Of a stretch of 64,000 nucleotides of DNA, positions 1 to 9,583 are shown piece after piece. The notes under the pieces are model-generated. The model was not told where the DNA came from and made no database searches. It worked only from the letters and a program-made list of their open reading frames with translations. The translations under genes and the position numbers were made by a program. The DNA is from Escherichia coli (lineage in GTDB: Bacteria > Pseudomonadota > Gammaproteobacteria > Enterobacterales > Enterobacteriaceae), in the NCBI RefSeq assembly GCF_009931435.1, contig NZ_CP043414.1. One strand, written 5' to 3'. The first letter of the stretch is position 1. Each line of letters starts with the position of its first letter.

Positions 1-53
1 CGGTGAGGCGCAATGTTGCGGGGGCTTAATCCCTGGTGGCATTGGTTGCTGGA

Positions 54-121
54 GAGAGAAAACCCCCGCACGTTGCAGATATTCACCTGACAACATCACG
101 GGGGCTAATCTTGAACCTAGA
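54..121 (-). ncRNA. rdl: Candidate Rdl antisense sRNA, unit 1 (position approximate)
   Basis: Nested hairpin (cccccg...caggt/acctg...cggggg) preceded on the + strand by gagagagaaaa, which reads as hairpin plus U-run on the - strand, about 50 nt upstream of the ldr ATG. Rdl is known to be encoded antisense to the ldr leader. Confidence 0.3.
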
Positions 122-170
122 CCACTCAAGAATAGCCGCGAAACGTTGTCATTACAACACAGGCGGCTAT

Positions 171-278
171 ATGACGCTCGCAGAACTGGGCATGGCCTTC
201 TGGCATGATTTAGCGGCTCCGGTCATTGCTGGCATTCTTGCCAGCATGATCGTGAACTGGCTGAATAAGCGGAAGTAA
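171..278 (+). CDS. ldr: Ldr type I toxin peptide, copy 1 (35 aa, MTLAELGMAFWHDLAAPVIAGILASMIVNWLNKRK)
   Basis: 35-codon ORF closely matching the K-12 LdrD peptide as recalled; followed by a stem-loop terminator. Confidence 0.85.
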   Translation: MTLAELGMAFWHDLAAPVIAGILASMIVNWLNKRK

Positions 279-328
279 CGTGTCAGACGGGCGTCAGGCT
301 GCCGTAATGGCAATTTGCGCCCGGACCA

Positions 329-362
329 GGCCGCAGAGATAAAACTCTGCGGCCTTTTTCGT
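329..362 (+). terminator. Intrinsic terminator after ldr copy 1
   Basis: GGCCGCAG...CTGCGGCC stem-loop followed by TTTTT. Confidence 0.6.
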
Positions 363-536
363 AAGAAAAATGCAACGGTTGCAAGCGGATAATATTCTGC
401 GGAATGCGCAGCACAGAGTGAAGAAGTGATGGATTCTGGAACAGAAAAACAGTCGTAGAATCAGCAGCAAGCCGGAAGGGTTCCGGTGAGGCGCAATGTT
501 GCGGGGGCTTTATCCCTGGTGGCATTGGTTGCTGGA

Positions 537-604
537 GAGAGAAAACCCCCGCACGTTGCAGGTATGCACCTGACAACATCACGGGGGCCATTCTTGCATC
601 CAAA
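537..604 (-). ncRNA. rdl: Candidate Rdl antisense sRNA, unit 2 (approximate)
   Basis: Same hairpin plus U-run structure at the equivalent position in unit 2. Confidence 0.3.
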
Positions 605-653
605 CAATACAAGAATAGCCGCGAAACGTTGTCATTACAACAGAGGCGGCTAT

Positions 654-761
654 ATGACGCTCGCAGAACTGGGCATGGCCTTCTGGCATGATTTAGCGGC
701 TCCGGTCATTGCTGGCATTCTTGCCAGTCTGATCGTGAACTGGCTGAACAAGCGGAAGTAA
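654..761 (+). CDS. ldr: Ldr type I toxin peptide, copy 2 (35 aa, ...ASLIVNWLNKRK)
   Basis: Same 35-codon ORF in repeat unit 2; M26L relative to copy 1. Confidence 0.85.
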   Translation: MTLAELGMAFWHDLAAPVIAGILASLIVNWLNKRK

Positions 762-811
762 CGTGTCAGACGGGCGTCAGGCTGCCGTAATGGCAATTTG
801 CGCCCGGACCA

Positions 812-845
812 GGCCGCAGGGATAAAACTCTGCGGCCTTTTTCGT
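812..845 (+). terminator. Intrinsic terminator after ldr copy 2
   Basis: Same GC stem-loop plus T-run. Confidence 0.6.
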
Positions 846-1020
846 AAGAAAAATGCAACGGTTGCAAGCGGATAATATTCTGCGGAATGCGCAGCACAGA
901 GTGAAGAAGTGATGGATTTCGACGAACAAAAATGGCCGTAGAATCAGCGGCAAGCCGGAAGGGTTCCGGTGAGGCGCAATGTTGCGGGGGGCTTTATCCC
1001 TGGTGGCATTGGTTGCTGGA

Positions 1021-1088
1021 GAGAGAAAACCCCCGCACGTTGCAGGTATGCACCTGACAACACCACGGGGGCCATTCTTGCATCTAGA
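1021..1088 (-). ncRNA. rdl: Candidate Rdl antisense sRNA, unit 3 (approximate)
   Basis: Same structure at the equivalent position in unit 3. Confidence 0.3.
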
Positions 1089-1137
1089 CCATTCAAGAAT
1101 AGCCGCGAAACGTTGTCATTACAACACTGGCGGCTAT

Positions 1138-1245
1138 ATGACGCTCGCAGAGCTGGGCATGGCCTTCTGGCACGATTTAGCGGCTCCGGTCATTGCTGGC
1201 ATTCTTGCCAGTCTGATCGTGAACTGGCTGAACAAGCGGAAGTAA
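1138..1245 (+). CDS. ldr: Ldr type I toxin peptide, copy 3
   Basis: Same ORF in repeat unit 3; peptide identical to copy 2. Confidence 0.85.
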   Translation: MTLAELGMAFWHDLAAPVIAGILASLIVNWLNKRK

Positions 1246-1295
1246 CGTGTCGGACGAGCGTCAGGCTGCCGTAATGGCAATTTGCGCCCGGACCA

Positions 1296-1328
1296 GGCCG
1301 CAGGGATAAAACTCTGCGGCCTTTTTCG
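1296..1328 (+). terminator. Intrinsic terminator after ldr copy 3
   Basis: Same GC stem-loop plus T-run. Confidence 0.6.
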
Positions 1329-1504
1329 TAAGAAAAATGCAACGGTTGCAAGCGGATAATATTCTGCGGAATGCGCAGCACAGAGTGAAGAAGTGATGGA
1401 TTTCGACGAACAAAAATGGCCGTAGAATCAGCGGCAAGCCGGAAGGGTTCCGGTGAGGCGCAATGTTGCGGGGGGCTTTATCCCTGGTGGCATTGGTTGC
1501 TGGA

Positions 1505-1572
1505 GAGAGAAAACCCCCGCACGTTGCAGGTATGCACCTGACAACACCACGGGGGCCATTCTTGCATCTAGA
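1505..1572 (-). ncRNA. rdl: Candidate Rdl antisense sRNA, unit 4 (approximate)
   Basis: Same structure at the equivalent position in unit 4. Confidence 0.3.
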
Positions 1573-1621
1573 CCATTCAAGAATAGCCGCGAAACGTTGT
1601 CATTACAACACTGGCGGCTAT

Positions 1622-1729
1622 ATGACGCTCGCAGAGCTGGGCATGGCCTTCTGGCACGATTTAGCGGCTCCGGTCATTGCTGGCATTCTTGCCAGTCTGA
1701 TCGTGAACTGGCTGAACAAGCGGAAGTAA
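1622..1729 (+). CDS. ldr: Ldr type I toxin peptide, copy 4
   Basis: Same ORF in repeat unit 4; unit appears identical to unit 3. Confidence 0.85.
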   Translation: MTLAELGMAFWHDLAAPVIAGILASLIVNWLNKRK

Positions 1730-1779
1730 CGTGTCGGACGAGCGTCAGGCTGCCGTAATGGCAATTTGCGCCCGGACCA

Positions 1780-1812
1780 GGCCGCAGGGATAAAACTCTG
1801 CGGCCTTTTTCG
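1780..1812 (+). terminator. Intrinsic terminator after ldr copy 4
   Basis: Same GC stem-loop plus T-run. Confidence 0.6.
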
Positions 1813-1987
1813 TAAGAAAAATGCAACGGTTGCAAGCGGATAATATTCTGCGGAATGTGCAGCACAGAGTGAAGAAGTGATGGATTCCGGAACAGAAAAA
1901 CAGTCGTAGAATCAGCGGCAAGCCGGAAGGGTTCCGGTGAGGCGCAATGTTGCGGGGGCTTAATCCCTGGTGGCATTGGTTGCTGGA

Positions 1988-2055
1988 GAGAGAAAACCCC
2001 CGCACGTTGCAGGTATGCACCTGACAACATCACGGGGGCTAATCTTGAACCCAAA
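1988..2055 (-). ncRNA. rdl: Candidate Rdl antisense sRNA, unit 5 (approximate)
   Basis: Same structure at the equivalent position in unit 5. Confidence 0.3.
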
Positions 2056-2104
2056 CAACTCAAGAATAGCCGCGAAACGTTGTCATTACAACAGAGGCGG
2101 CTAT

Positions 2105-2212
2105 ATGACGCTCGCAGAACTGGGCATGGCCTTCTGGCATGATTTAGCGGCTCCGGTCATTGCTGGCATTCTTGCCAGTCTGATCGTGAACTCGCTGAAT
2201 AAGCGGAAGTAA
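2105..2212 (+). CDS. ldr: Ldr type I toxin peptide, copy 5, variant (...ASLIVNSLNKRK, Trp30 to Ser)
   Basis: Same ORF frame in repeat unit 5; tgg to tcg change read directly in the sequence. Confidence 0.8.
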   Translation: MTLAELGMAFWHDLAAPVIAGILASLIVNSLNKRK

Positions 2213-2262
2213 CGTGTCATGCGGGCGTCAGGCTGCCGTAATGGCAATTTGCGCCCGGATCA

Positions 2263-2295
2263 GGCCGCAGGGGTGAAACTCTGCGGCCTTTTTCG
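2263..2295 (+). terminator. Intrinsic terminator after ldr copy 5, convergent with the bcsG 3' end
   Basis: Same GC stem-loop plus T-run, ending 4 nt before the bcsG stop. Confidence 0.6.
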
Positions 2296-2298
2296 TTC

Positions 2299-3978
2299 TT
2301 ATTGCGGGTAAGGCACCCAGTCGCCGCCGTTCAGGCGAACGTACGGTTTATCCTGGTATTGAATAACCACTGCATTTGAGTTCTCGGAGACCGGTGCTGT
2401 TTGTGGCAACCCACTGGTGAGTTTTTTCCAGTCAACATTGTCTTCGGTGAAAATCTTACCATCAAGAACGCGAACCACCAGATCGGAGATAGCCAGGAAG
2501 CTGCTCGGTTGGTCGATGACAATCGGTGCCCCCTGATGTGGTGCCTTCATGCCGAAGAATTTCACCCCAACGGGGACGTCTGTGATAGACGGGCTAGGGA
2601 TATCACGTAGGCCAGATACCTGCATTCTGTCGCCCTTCAGCGCGCCACCGTGTTCCGGCACCACTACCACCATCACTTTACGACCCGATTTCTCCAGTTC
2701 AGTAAAGAAGGCGTCCAGCTCATCAAAGAATTTCTGCGCTCGCGCTTTGTAATCCGCTGTTTTGCTGACGCCCGGATAATGGTTGCCGTCATGCAGTGGA
2801 AGCGTGTTGTAGAACGTGGCACTACGGCTGTTTTTATCTTTTTCGGTAACGTCCAGCCAGCGGTTAAGCACGGCGGTATCGTCATAAACCGGCGAACCAT
2901 CAAAGCCCAGCAAAATAACCGGCAGATTTGTTTGATCCATCAATTCGGTCTGCATGCCGCCATTTTCGCGAACTTCTTTCAAAAAACCGCCGAACTGGCC
3001 GTTATGTCCCATCATCAGGTGCTGGGTAAAGCCCAGTTTCGACAGGTTATCAAACAGATAGCAGTCGTTATTTGCCGGTTGATACAGATTAGTGTGCGAA
3101 GTCTGCCCGCAGCTGGCGCGCAGTAAACGGATCGCCGCCGGGCCACTGTAGGAGGTGGCGGAGTTAAAGTTCTTGAACTCAATATCGAAATGCGACCACA
3201 GCGGATGCGACATCAACCCGGCGGCTTCAATATCCGACCAGGAAAGCGAACAGATATTAATCACCAGTAGTTCAAATGGCTGAGCATCAGCGGGCAGCGA
3301 AGACGGGAAGGTCGATTTACGTTTCGCCTCCGCGTTATAGAAATTATTCAACCAGGCGTTAAGGTTCGCCGTTGTTGGCGGTGCAGTTTGTGCGGGCATA
3401 TCACCCACTACCGGTGCGCCACCCGTCGCCGCAACGGTTGCCGCTGCGTTACCACCCGTCGTTGTTACAGTGGTCGTCGGTTGACCGGCAGGCCACAAGG
3501 AGAAACTTGGTCCCGCCAGGGTAAGTACGTTCAGCCATAGCAGAATGGCAACCACAAAAACGGTAATGCGAATCCATTGTGACAGGAATAACCAGGCCAC
3601 TAATAAAACAAAAATGGCCCCAATCATCTGCCAGTTAATAAAGCGTGTGACAAGGTCGATTAAATAATCGGTACTGAACCCCGCCACCTGCGAACCCTGG
3701 CTCATTATGCTTTCCGGGCCCGGCAACCAGGTGTCATGCCAGAACAAAGCAAAGCCGATCGGCAGGGCAATCCAGTGGCGTAAGCGATGCAGGCTGTAGC
3801 GCGGAATGGGCATCAGCAGAAACGCGGCAAACACCAGATTGAGGAGCGGATGGAAGTTAAGATATCCCGCCCACAACAGGCCGAACTTAACCAGAAAATA
3901 GAAGTTCCAGCCGGAAAGGCCGCGCCAGTATTGCCAGAGGGAAGAAGGCATGGCGGTATTTTGCGTAAATTGAGTCAT
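2299..3978 (-). CDS. bcsG: Cellulose biosynthesis protein BcsG (phosphoethanolamine transferase)
   Basis: 559-aa ORF with N-terminal membrane segments and alkaline-phosphatase-like C-terminal domain; matches E. coli BcsG in sequence and position. Confidence 0.95.
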
Positions 3979-4166
3979 TTTTTGGTTGCCCTGGCTTTTT
4001 CCGTGCGGCGTAACGTCCCGGCCGGTTTAACATAACGAGGTTTAGCAAAGAACAAACGTAAGGTGTCGCGAATGCGTCGCAAAGAGTGCCGCGCCAGATA
4101 GCCCAGCGGGAAAAATATCAGTGCGCAAACGACAATAATTTCAATGATATCGCTGATGGTCATCAT
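3975..4166 (-). CDS. bcsF: Cellulose biosynthesis small membrane protein BcsF
   Basis: 63-aa ORF, 4-nt overlap with bcsG; matches BcsF. Confidence 0.9.
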
Positions 4167-5734
4167 GATGAGCGCTCCACAGTATCATCTAACAGTCGCA
4201 TTGGTTCTGGTATTCTTCGCCAGTGGCGACCATCGTGCTCGGCATTGATGACCGGTTTAGAACTTTGCGTTAAAGGCAGCGGCATGCCCCATTGTTCTGG
4301 AGCAAGCAGGCGCATCTGCACCAGCTCGGCACTGATTTGATCATCTTCAAACCAGACCATACGGTTTGAGAAAATGTCGCCAGTCGGCAATGGGAAAATA
4401 TGATTCAACGCGGTATCCAGATCGTTAATCCGACAGAATGAGAGAAACAGCACCAGCCGATTACCGCCAATGGTCATGATATCGCCGGTACGGTTAGGGC
4501 GACACAGCGTCAGGGCTTGCTCAACGCGGATACCCGGTACCGGACGTAGGGCAACCAGAACGCCTTTACCATGTGCAGGCAAGAGAGGGTTATTCATCAT
4601 GTTGTTAACGGCATTACAGAACACATCCCACTTCTGGAAACCACGTAGTTTGAGCGGCTGGGTCATTGACAGCAAGGTAGTGATATCTTCCGGCACATAG
4701 CGACTAAACTTCTGCCCTTGCACGCTTTCGATCATCGTCAGACAGCGGGAGAGTGGCGCATTCCACGGGATAACCATATTTGCACCGCAGGCCAATAACA
4801 AACGTTCATCGGTGGCGCGCAGGCTTGCGGTATTTTCCCGTACGAGGATTTTCATCGCACTACCGCGCTGGCGACGCAGAGTATGAATGCTGCGGGCCAG
4901 TGGCTCGATTTGCGCATTTTGCTGTAAAGAAAAGACCACCGTCGCCGCCTGAGCGGTACGGGCTTCATTGAACAGAACTTCGTTATTGTTGAACAGTTGC
5001 CAGTGTTCCGATAGCGGCGGCGCACCTTCCAGTACAGCAACATTACTCAGAATGCGTTTTTCGTCGCTGCGTGGTTGGATCTCTGCCTCTTCGCTTTGAA
5101 CTAATGTCCAGATACCTTTTTGTTGCTGAACGCTAAGCTGCTGACGGGCGCTGACCCCTTTTTCGTTGCACCAGAAGGCAATATCCAGCAAATGTTGGTC
5201 GCCCTGAAAACGCAAACTGGCAAGACCAAAAAGTGAACGGTATTCCTCAAGCAACAATGAAAATTGTTTATCGTTATTATTTCCGGGATTAATTACCAAA
5301 AGCGAACAATGGTTTAACCTGCTCCATTTATTCATTTTATCCAACCATGAGCGAAGCCGTTCGGCAGGAATGTTTTGCCATGCGTTATTTGCGCAAACAA
5401 GAATAAAAAGGTAATTATTGGGATCAATAGAACACTGCAAATCACGGGCCAAATAGTATAGACCTTTTTCATGATTTAGCATTGAAAATAATTTTATTTT
5501 TTCCGGCCCTTGAGAATCATCTAATTGAAAGATTTTCGCCGGATCGCTGTCCATGCTAATGACCGCGACGTGTGCGGTTTCAGCCTGGGATGCAATTGTT
5601 TGATTCGCCAGACTGATAGCATCTTCATGGCGATCGACGTTAAACCACCAGACGCCGCCTGCTGGCATATGTCGCAGCTCATCCCATAATGATGAGATAC
5701 CGATAGAGAATACAGGGTCCACAATGTCCCTCAT
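4163..5734 (-). CDS. bcsE: Cellulose biosynthesis c-di-GMP-binding protein BcsE
   Basis: 523-aa ORF, 4-nt overlap with bcsF; matches BcsE. Confidence 0.95.
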
Positions 5735-6005
5735 GTCATCATTTTGTCTGATTATCAGTTTACTAGCGAAAGCTAAGAAATAAACCTACCATTGAAATTA
5801 AAACTTATCAGATTTAGCATGTGAATCAATTTAGCAGGTCACAAGACGTGTGATTTTAGTCTTTTCGTTTTTAACTTTTTTTGTTGCGTAACGGAAAGTC
5901 AAAAAGTGAGCAAATTCCCGTCTCGCCGTAAACAATAAACCGGCGAAATGCTCACGGTTAGAATTGTCTCATGAACGGTACGGTTATTTCATAGGGATCA
6001 AGCAA

Positions 6006-6194
6006 ATGAATAACAATGAACCAGATACTCTGCCTGATCCCGCGATAGGCTATATCTTCCAGAATGATATTTTGGCGTTAAAGCAGGCGTTTTCACTGCC
6101 TGATATTGATTATGCCGATATTTCCCAACGCGAACAGTTGGCCGCGGCATTAAAACGCTGGCCGTTGCTGGCAGAGTTTGCGCAACAAAAGTAG
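6006..6194 (+). CDS. bcsR: Cellulose biosynthesis protein BcsR (62 aa)
   Basis: Starts MNNNEPDTLPDPAIGYIF...; matches BcsR (YhjR). The track ORF begins 14 codons upstream at 5964. Confidence 0.85.
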   Translation: MNNNEPDTLPDPAIGYIFQNDILALKQAFSLPDIDYADISQREQLAAALKRWPLLAEFAQQK

Positions 6195-6205
6195 GGGATT
6201 GGTGA

Positions 6206-6958
6206 ATGGCCGTACTGGGATTGCAGGGGGTGCGGGGAGGCGTGGGAACAACAACCATCACTGCCGCATTAGCCTGGTCATTACAAATGTTGGGAGAAGA
6301 TGTCCTGGTGGTCGATGCCTGCCCGGACAACTTGTTGCGCCTGTCATTTAACGTCGATTTTACCCACCGTCAGGGCTGGGCCAGAGCCATGCTGGACGGT
6401 CAGGACTGGCGTGACGCCGGGTTGCGCTATACCTCGCAACTCGATTTGCTGCCTTTTGGTCAGTTATCCATTGAAGAACAAGAAAATCCACAGCACTGGC
6501 AAACCCGGCTGAGCGATATTTGCTCCGGCTTACAGCAACTAAAAGCCAGCGGGCGTTACCAGTGGATTTTAATCGACTTACCGCGTGATGCCTCGCAGAT
6601 AACCCACCAGCTGCTGAGTTTGTGCGATCACTCGCTGGCAATCGTCAATGTGGATGCCAACTGCCATATCCGGCTGCATCAGCAGGCGCTGCCGGATGGC
6701 GCGCATATTTTGATTAATGACTTCCGTATCGGCAGTCAGGTTCAGGACGATATTTACCAGCTTTGGTTGCAAAGCCAGCGCCGATTACTGCCAATGCTCA
6801 TTCATCGTGATGAAGCGATGGCTCAATGCCTGGCGGCTAAGCAACCAGTCGGTGAATACCGCAGTGATGCGCTGGCGGCTGAAGAGATACTGACGCTGGC
6901 TAACTGGTGCCTGTTGAACTATTCCGGGCTGAAAACACCAGTCGGGAGTGCATCATGA
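6206..6958 (+). CDS. bcsQ: Cellulose biosynthesis protein BcsQ (ParA/MinD-like ATPase), intact
   Basis: 250-aa uninterrupted ORF; codon 6 is TTG (Leu), where K-12 is recalled to have a TAG stop. Confidence 0.95.
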   Translation: MAVLGLQGVRGGVGTTTITAALAWSLQMLGEDVLVVDACPDNLLRLSFNVDFTHRQGWARAMLDGQDWRDAGLRYTSQLDLLPFGQLSIEEQENPQHWQTRLSDICSGLQQLKASGRYQWILIDLPRDASQITHQLLSLCDHSLAIVNVDANCHIRLHQQALPDGAHILINDFRIGSQVQDDIYQLWLQSQRRLLPMLIHRDEAMAQCLAAKQPVGEYRSDALAAEEILTLANWCLLNYSGLKTPVGSAS

Positions 6959-9573
6959 GTATCCTGACCCGGTGGTTGCTTCTCCCGCCGGTCAACGCGC
7001 GGCTTATCGGGCGTTATCGCGATTATCGTCGTCACGGCGCGTCGGCTTTCAGCGCGACGCTCGGTTGTTTTTGGTTGATCCTTGCCTGGATTTTTATCCC
7101 GCTGGAGCACCCGCGCTGGCAGCGTATTCGCGCAGAACATAAAAACCTGTATCCGCATATCAACGCCTCGCGTCCGCGTCCGCTGGACCCGGTCCGTTAT
7201 CTCATTCAAACATGCTGGTTACTGATCGGTACATCGCGCAAAGAAACGCCGAAACCGCGCAGGCGGACATTTTCAGGTCTGCAGAATATTCGTGGACGTT
7301 ACCATCAATGGATGAACGAGCTGCCTGAGCGCGTTAGCCATAAAACACAGCATCTCGATGAGAAAAAAGAACTCGGCCATTTGAGCGCCGGGGCGCGGCG
7401 GTTGATCCTCGGTATCATCGTCACCTTCTCGCTGATTCTGGCGTTAATCTGCGTTACCCAGCCGTTTAACCCGCTGGCGCAGTTTATCTTCCTGATGCTG
7501 CTGTGGGGTGTAGCGCTGATCGTACGGCGGATGCCGGGGCGCTTCTCGGCGCTAATGTTGATTGTGCTGTCGCTGACCGTTTCTTGCCGTTATATCTGGT
7601 GGCGCTACACCTCTACGCTGAACTGGGACGATCCGGTCAGTCTGGTGTGCGGGCTTATTCTGCTGTTCGCTGAAACGTACGCGTGGATTGTGCTGGTGCT
7701 CGGCTACTTCCAGGTGGTATGGCCGCTGAATCGTCAGCCGGTGCCATTGCCGAAAGATATGTCGCTGTGGCCGTCGGTGGATATCTTTGTCCCGACTTAC
7801 AACGAAGATCTCAACGTGGTGAAAAATACGATTTACGCCTCGCTGGGTATCGACTGGCCGAAAGACAAGCTGAACATCTGGATCCTCGATGACGGCGGCA
7901 GGGAAGAGTTTCGCCAGTTTGCACAAAACGTGGGGGTGAAATATATCGCCCGTACCACTCATGAACATGCGAAAGCAGGCAACATCAACAATGCGCTGAA
8001 ATATGCCAAAGGCGAGTTCGTGTCGATTTTCGACTGCGACCACGTGCCGACGCGCTCATTCCTGCAAATGACCATGGGCTGGTTCCTGAAAGAAAAACAG
8101 TTGGCGATGATGCAGACGCCGCACCACTTCTTCTCACCGGACCCGTTTGAACGCAACCTCGGGCGTTTTCGTAAAACGCCAAACGAAGGCACGCTGTTTT
8201 ATGGTCTGGTGCAGGACGGCAATGATATGTGGGATGCCACTTTCTTCTGCGGTTCCTGTGCGGTGATTCGTCGTAAGCCGCTGGATGAGATTGGCGGCAT
8301 TGCTGTCGAAACGGTAACCGAAGATGCGCATACTTCTCTGCGTTTGCACCGTCGTGGCTACACCTCTGCATATATGCGTATTCCACAGGCGGCGGGGCTG
8401 GCGACCGAAAGTCTGTCGGCGCATATCGGTCAGCGTATTCGCTGGGCGCGCGGGATGGTGCAAATCTTCCGTCTCGATAACCCGCTCACCGGTAAAGGGC
8501 TGAAGTTTGCTCAGCGGCTGTGCTACGTCAACGCCATGTTCCATTTCTTGTCGGGCATTCCACGACTGATCTTCCTGACTGCGCCGCTGGCGTTCCTGCT
8601 GCTGCATGCCTACATCATCTACGCGCCAGCGTTAATGATCGCTCTGTTTGTGCTGCCGCATATGATTCACGCCAGCCTGACCAACTCGAAGATTCAGGGT
8701 AAATATCGCCACTCTTTCTGGAGCGAAATCTACGAAACGGTACTGGCGTGGTATATCGCACCACCGACGCTGGTGGCGCTGATTAACCCGCACAAAGGCA
8801 AATTTAACGTCACCGCCAAAGGTGGACTGGTGGAAGAAGAGTACGTCGACTGGGTGATCTCACGGCCCTACATTTTCCTGGTATTGCTCAACCTGGTCGG
8901 TATTGCGGTCGGTATCTGGCGTTACTTCTACGGCCCGCCAACCGAGATGCTCACTGTCATCGTCAGTATGGTGTGGGTGTTCTACAACCTGATTATTCTC
9001 GGTGGTGCGGTAGCGGTATCGGTAGAAAGCAAACAGGTTCGCCGATCGCACCGCGTGGAGATGACGATGCCCGCGGCAATTGCCCGCGAAGATGGTCACC
9101 TCTTCTCGTGTACCGTTCAGGATTTCTCCGACGGTGGTTTGGGGATCAAGATCAACGGTCAGGCACAGATTCTGGAAGGGCAGAAAGTGAATCTGTTGCT
9201 TAAACGCGGTCAGCAAGAATACGTCTTCCCGGCCCAGGTGGCGCGCGTGATGGGTAATGAAGTTGGGCTGAAATTAATGCCGCTCACCACCCAGCAACAT
9301 ATCGATTTTGTGCAGTGTACGTTTGCCCGTGCGGATACATGGGCGCTCTGGCAGGACAGCTATCCGGAAGATAAGCCGCTGGAAAGTCTGCTGGATATTC
9401 TGAAGCTCGGCTTCCGTGGCTACCGCCATCTGGCGGAGTTTGCGCCTTCTTCGGTGAAGGGCATATTCCGTGTGCTGACTTCTCTGGTTTCCTGGGTTGT
9501 ATCGTTTATTCCGCGCCGCACGGAGCGGAGCGAAACGGCACAACCATCGGATCAGGCTTTGGCTCAACAATGA
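6955..9573 (+). CDS. bcsA: Cellulose synthase catalytic subunit BcsA (872 aa)
   Basis: Start MSILTRWLL... overlaps the bcsQ stop (ATGA); glycosyltransferase motifs (DCDH, QRIRWA) and a C-terminal PilZ region are present. Confidence 0.95.
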   Translation: MSILTRWLLLPPVNARLIGRYRDYRRHGASAFSATLGCFWLILAWIFIPLEHPRWQRIRAEHKNLYPHINASRPRPLDPVRYLIQTCWLLIGTSRKETPKPRRRTFSGLQNIRGRYHQWMNELPERVSHKTQHLDEKKELGHLSAGARRLILGIIVTFSLILALICVTQPFNPLAQFIFLMLLWGVALIVRRMPGRFSALMLIVLSLTVSCRYIWWRYTSTLNWDDPVSLVCGLILLFAETYAWIVLVLGYFQVVWPLNRQPVPLPKDMSLWPSVDIFVPTYNEDLNVVKNTIYASLGIDWPKDKLNIWILDDGGREEFRQFAQNVGVKYIARTTHEHAKAGNINNALKYAKGEFVSIFDCDHVPTRSFLQMTMGWFLKEKQLAMMQTPHHFFSPDPFERNLGRFRKTPNEGTLFYGLVQDGNDMWDATFFCGSCAVIRRKPLDEIGGIAVETVTEDAHTSLRLHRRGYTSAYMRIPQAAGLATESLSAHIGQRIRWARGMVQIFRLDNPLTGKGLKFAQRLCYVNAMFHFLSGIPRLIFLTAPLAFLLLHAYIIYAPALMIALFVLPHMIHASLTNSKIQGKYRHSFWSEIYETVLAWYIAPPTLVALINPHKGKFNVTAKGGLVEEEYVDWVISRPYIFLVLLNLVGIAVGIWRYFYGPPTEMLTVIVSMVWVFYNLIILGGAVAVSVESKQVRRSHRVEMTMPAAIAREDGHLFSCTVQDFSDGGLGIKINGQAQILEGQKVNLLLKRGQQEYVFPAQVARVMGNEVGLKLMPLTTQQHIDFVQCTFARADTWALWQDSYPEDKPLESLLDILKLGFRGYRHLAEFAPSSVKGIFRVLTSLVSWVVSFIPRRTERSETAQPSDQALAQQ

Positions 9574-9583
9574 TGATAACGCG

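Larger units (their letters stand above)
1..2295. repeat. Tandem array of five ~484-bp long direct repeat (LDR) units, each carrying one ldr toxin ORF and a terminator
   Basis: Units recur at 483/484-bp spacing (ldr ATGs at 171, 654, 1138, 1622, 2105). Units 3 and 4 appear identical by eye; units 1/5 and 2-4 differ in a short segment upstream of the ORF. Confidence 0.9.

Noticed and set aside
969-1274. 101-aa and 88-aa ORFs spanning the ldr repeat units (also at 486, 1453, 1970), and the - strand ORFs at 283-612 and 1674-2063
   Set aside because: Alternate-frame or upstream in-frame extensions across the repeat. The real product is the 35-aa Ldr peptide at the end of each unit.
1-2295. Possible CRISPR array, given the regular tandem repeats
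   Set aside because: The unit is 484 bp, encodes a peptide and carries terminators. There are no short repeat/spacer alternations and no cas genes.
7552-8043. 163-aa ORF on the - strand inside bcsA
   Set aside because: Antisense to the catalytic core of bcsA; no independent support.
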